A DNA stretch of 19,410 nucleotides. Source: an archaeon (lineage in GTDB: Archaea; Iainarchaeota; Iainarchaeia; Iainarchaeales; 0-14-0-20-34-12). The stretch is from assembly GCA_038046645.1 (NCBI GenBank), contig JBBSVU010000001.1:62848-82257 (forward strand), given 5' to 3'. The notes under the pieces were generated by a model that worked only from the letters and a program-made list of their open reading frames with translations, was not told the DNA's origin and made no database searches. Of the stretch, positions 16,927 to 19,410 are shown piece by piece. Made by a program: the position numbers and the translations under genes. How positions within the stretch are numbered: the first letter of the stretch is position 1; each line of letters starts with the position of its first letter.

Positions 16927-17020
16927 ACACGCGATCTTTCGATTGCCCCCTAGTTAAAGGTTATGAGTAACGTCGTCTTGAAAAGACTCGAACGCTCTAA
17001 CCGGACTGAGCTACCCCGGC
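16908..17020 (-). tRNA. Elongator tRNA-Met(CAT) with two introns: 30/31 (16969-16988) and 37/38 (16944-16961)
   Basis: GCCGGGG TA GCTC AGTCCGGTTA GAGC G TTCG[20 nt]A CTCATA[18 nt]A TCGAA AGATC GCGTG TTCAATT CACGC CCTCGGC A; removing both introns gives a clean cloverleaf. Confidence 0.92.
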
Positions 17021-17047
17021 AGATACTACTTAACATGCCAGCCAAGG

Positions 17048-17054
17048 TTTAAAA
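17048..17054. promoter_or_regulatory. Likely bidirectional TATA (TTTAAAA) between tRNA-Met and the C/D sRNA
   Basis: About 30 nt from tRNA-Met G1 (17020, minus) and from the sRNA stem start (17082, plus). Confidence 0.55.
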
Positions 17055-17081
17055 CTGTTTCTGGCAAGGTATTTTTAGCAA

Positions 17082-17163
17082 GGCGTCAATGATGAACGGA
17101 CTGAGCGCCGAGCCTTTTGCAAAAAAAAAGGCAGTGTGGAGCCAATATGAGTCCTGAGATGCT
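17082..17163 (+). ncRNA. Box C/D sRNA predicted to guide Cm34 of elongator tRNA-Met (sR-tMet/sR49-like)
   Basis: C ATGATGA 17089-95; D' CCGA 17108-11; hairpin; degenerate C' GTGTGGA 17134-40; D CTGA 17154-57; terminal stem GGCGTC/GATGCT; both guides are complementary to the adjacent tRNA-Met. Confidence 0.85.
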
Positions 17164-17180
17164 AAAAATAATTTAAATAA

Positions 17181-17248
17181 GGTTTCTCTTTTTCTTTTGA
17201 TAAGCCTAAATTTTCTTTTTCTCTTTCGCAAAGAGAAAAAGAAAAGTT
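17181..17248 (-). repeat. Pyrimidine/purine hairpin element, copy D, directly upstream of tRNA-Glu
   Basis: 16-bp stem 17211-17226/17230-17245; on the minus strand the loop is GCG and the tail TCAAAAGAAAAAGAGAAAC, as in copy A. Confidence 0.8.
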
Positions 17249-17251
17249 GGC

Positions 17252-17324
17252 GCCCCGATAGTCTAGCGGTCAAGGATGCTGCCCTCTCACGGCAGTGACA
17301 CGGGTTCGAGTCCCGTTCGGGGCA
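17252..17324 (+). tRNA. tRNA-Glu(CTC)
   Basis: GCCCCGA/TCGGGGC acceptor, CTGCC-CTCTCAC-GGCAG anticodon arm, TTCGAGT T loop. Confidence 0.96.
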
Positions 17325-17357
17325 ATAATTTTATTTGCAAAAAAAAGGGGCATTTAA

Positions 17358-18086
17358 ATGGCTGAATTTTATCCTAAAATAATTGGATTTTATGATTCAA
17401 TAACTGATCAAAAACCGGAACGTTTTCTAAAACTAATTAAAGAGTATTCCAAAAAACATAAAATTTACACAATATTGGACATTGGCTGTGGAACCGGAAC
17501 ATTAGTGAGATTACTCGCAAAGAATAATTTCAGGGCTATTGGTTTGGATAATTCTGAAGTAATGCTAAAAGAGGCAAGGAAAAAAATAAATGATAAGAAA
17601 TTGAAGGATGCCGAATTTAGAAACGGAAACATGGTTGATTTCACATTAAAAAATAAAGTCGACATTATTACTTGCTCTGATGCGATAAATCACATTTTGG
17701 ATAAAGCGGAATTATTGAAATGTTTTGGAAATTGTTATAAAAATCTGAATAAAAAAGGCGCATTTATCTTCAATACCCAAACTGAGGAATACATAAAAGA
17801 ATTGGAAGAAAGTTTGGGATATGGCGGTTTTAAAGAAGGAAATGCATTCATCTGGCAGGATTACTTAATTGGAAACAAGCATCTGCTAGAATTTACTATT
17901 TTTGAAAAACAGAAAAATGGGTTATATAAAAAACAAATTGAGGAATTGATACAAGCAGTTTATGGCAGAAACGAAGTCATTAAATTGCTTAAAAAAGCTG
18001 GATTCAAGAAAATTAGGGTATTGAATGAATATTTGAAAAAAAGCACTGCAAAAGATATTGAGAATATTTTCATTGCAGAAAAATAG
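17358..18086 (+). CDS. Class I SAM-dependent methyltransferase
   Basis: ILDIGCGTG, GLDNSEVML, GNM, DAINH and LNKKGAFIF motifs. Confidence 0.93.
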   Translation: MAEFYPKIIGFYDSITDQKPERFLKLIKEYSKKHKIYTILDIGCGTGTLVRLLAKNNFRAIGLDNSEVMLKEARKKINDKKLKDAEFRNGNMVDFTLKNKVDIITCSDAINHILDKAELLKCFGNCYKNLNKKGAFIFNTQTEEYIKELEESLGYGGFKEGNAFIWQDYLIGNKHLLEFTIFEKQKNGLYKKQIEELIQAVYGRNEVIKLLKKAGFKKIRVLNEYLKKSTAKDIENIFIAEK

Positions 18087-18101
18087 CTAGAGAATTAATT
18101 C

Positions 18102-18626
18102 TTACTTTTTCTCAACAATTTTCTCTTTCGGCAGAGCAGGCCAGACATTTTCAAAGCCTTTTTCTTCCACATCTAGGTAATATTTTTTCACTTTTTCATA
18201 ATGCTTTTTGTCAAAGGTTGGCTTGCGGCTTAATTGCTGCACAAGCAGGCAGAAAGGGTAAGCTTTCCTTATGTCTGAAGAGTCATCCAGAGCCAAAAAA
18301 GGGAATAATTTGCATTGCCTTGGCCTTGCAAGATAAACTTTGCAGAGATTTTCATCCGAAAGCAAAATGCATTTTCCATCAATTCGTTTCAGGGCAATAT
18401 TCTGCAAAAGGATTTTTTTGCCAGAGGACTCAAAACTTATTTCCTTAAAATATTGAATAGTATATTTTTCCAAAAAATCTTTCAATGAAGTCTTTTGGGA
18501 TTTTGCAAGCTTTTCTGCTTCAAAAGGCAGCAAGGTAATGTAATAATGCTTGCAGCAGGCTGCTTTGCATTCTTTCTGGCAGATTTCCTTTTCGTCTAGT
18601 TTTTTTTGCATATAAGATAAGGGCAA
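18102..18626 (-). CDS. YkgJ-family cysteine-cluster (zinc/iron-chelating) protein
   Basis: CQKECKAACC ... CILL...LCKVYLARPRQCKLFPF. Confidence 0.88.
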   Translation of the reverse strand: MPLSYMQKKLDEKEICQKECKAACCKHYYITLLPFEAEKLAKSQKTSLKDFLEKYTIQYFKEISFESSGKKILLQNIALKRIDGKCILLSDENLCKVYLARPRQCKLFPFLALDDSSDIRKAYPFCLLVQQLSRKPTFDKKHYEKVKKYYLDVEEKGFENVWPALPKEKIVEKK

Positions 18627-18665
18627 ACAATTGCATTTTAAAGGTTTTCAAGGGAAGGTATAGAT

Positions 18666-19373
18666 ATGAATAAGGGCATTTACCACATAGGATTAATTCC
18701 AGATGGCAATAGAAGATGGGCTTCTGCTAACAATAAACAAACTAGTGAAGGGCATAAGGAAGGATCCAAAAAAATGGAATTATTCATGAAATGGGCTCTT
18801 AAGAAACCTGACATAAAGGAAGTAACTGTTTATGGCTTAAGCGAGGAAAATTTCAAAAGAAGCAAAGAAGAATTGAATTGGCTTTACCAAATTTATTATG
18901 AGGGATTAAGCAAATTATTGAAAGAAAAAATAATCCATGATGAACAGGTAAAGGTAAATTTTGTTTCCACCCAATCAAATAAAATTCCCAGCAATATAAA
19001 AGGTGTCTTAAAAGAAATGAAGAGCGAGACAAAACTTTATGGGAATAAGATATTGAATATTTTATTGGGATACACAGGACAGTCTGAAATTTTAAGGGCA
19101 GTAAATACCCCTTTGAACAGATTCAAGAATTTTTTCTTAGGTTTGGATGAAAGAGACATACAAAGGGCTTTATCAGTAAAAAATACCTGTGATTTTATCA
19201 TAAGGACCGGAGAGGAAGAAGCCCCCAGGGAAGCAAAATCCGGCTTTTTGCTCTGGCAGTCAGCCTATGCTGAATATTACCACATAAACAAGTATTTTCC
19301 AGATATTGATGAAAAAGATTTGGATATTGCCTGGGAATATTTCTTAAATGCAAGGAGAAGGAAGGGACTATAA
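18666..19373 (+). CDS. uppS: cis-prenyltransferase (undecaprenyl diphosphate synthase family)
   Basis: HIGLIPDGNRRWA, YGLSEENFKRS, DFIIRTG, SGFLLWQSAYAE. Confidence 0.93.
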   Translation: MNKGIYHIGLIPDGNRRWASANNKQTSEGHKEGSKKMELFMKWALKKPDIKEVTVYGLSEENFKRSKEELNWLYQIYYEGLSKLLKEKIIHDEQVKVNFVSTQSNKIPSNIKGVLKEMKSETKLYGNKILNILLGYTGQSEILRAVNTPLNRFKNFFLGLDERDIQRALSVKNTCDFIIRTGEEEAPREAKSGFLLWQSAYAEYYHINKYFPDIDEKDLDIAWEYFLNARRRKGL

Positions 19374-19410
19374 GCAGGAAAAACATATAAAAAGCATTGC
19401 CTTGATTGAT

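Noticed and set aside
16908..17020. tRNA-Ile2(CAT) or initiator tRNA-Met
   Set aside because: It has G1-C72 rather than A1-U72, lacks three consecutive G-C pairs in the anticodon stem, starts GCC, and has a neighbouring Cm34 guide, all favouring elongator Met.
17082..17163. Self-cleaving ribozyme (hammerhead or HDV-like) beside tRNA
   Set aside because: No CUGANGA...GAAA core and no room for HDV P3/L3; the C/D layout with tRNA-matching guides explains it better.
1865..19386. Remaining ORF-track entries nested antisense or out of frame within the called genes
   Set aside because: Shadow ORFs of well-supported genes with no recognisable motifs.

Overview
AT-rich archaeal chromosomal segment, probably from a DPANN-type lineage (inference from leaderless TATA promoters, GGTGA ribosome sites, archaeal PolB/MetAP2, BHB introns and many orphans). 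The left part holds small membrane proteins, a degenerate HerA-like ATPase, polB and map. The right part (9.3-17.3 kb) holds seven tRNA genes (Arg-GCG, Leu-TAG, Pro-GGG, His-GTG, Thr-GGT with one intron, Met-CAT with two introns, Glu-CTC) among EamA, hisS, an RpiA-like gene, a methyltransferase, a YkgJ-family gene and uppS. Four things stand out. (1) Three free-standing nuclease-like genes (two HTH+LAGLIDADG, one PD-(D/E)XK-like) each take their stop codon from inside a tRNA gene. One, with its tRNA-Arg, is bracketed by matching 5' and 3' remnants of another tRNA, suggesting endonuclease-driven tRNA gene replacement. (2) A box C/D sRNA is transcribed divergently from the two-intron tRNA-Met, and both guides match that tRNA (predicted Cm34). 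(3) A family of pyrimidine/purine triloop hairpin elements abuts tRNA sequence. (4) Tandem ~104-bp mini-insertions regenerate the tRNA-Leu 3' end. All calls were made by eye; no searches were run.
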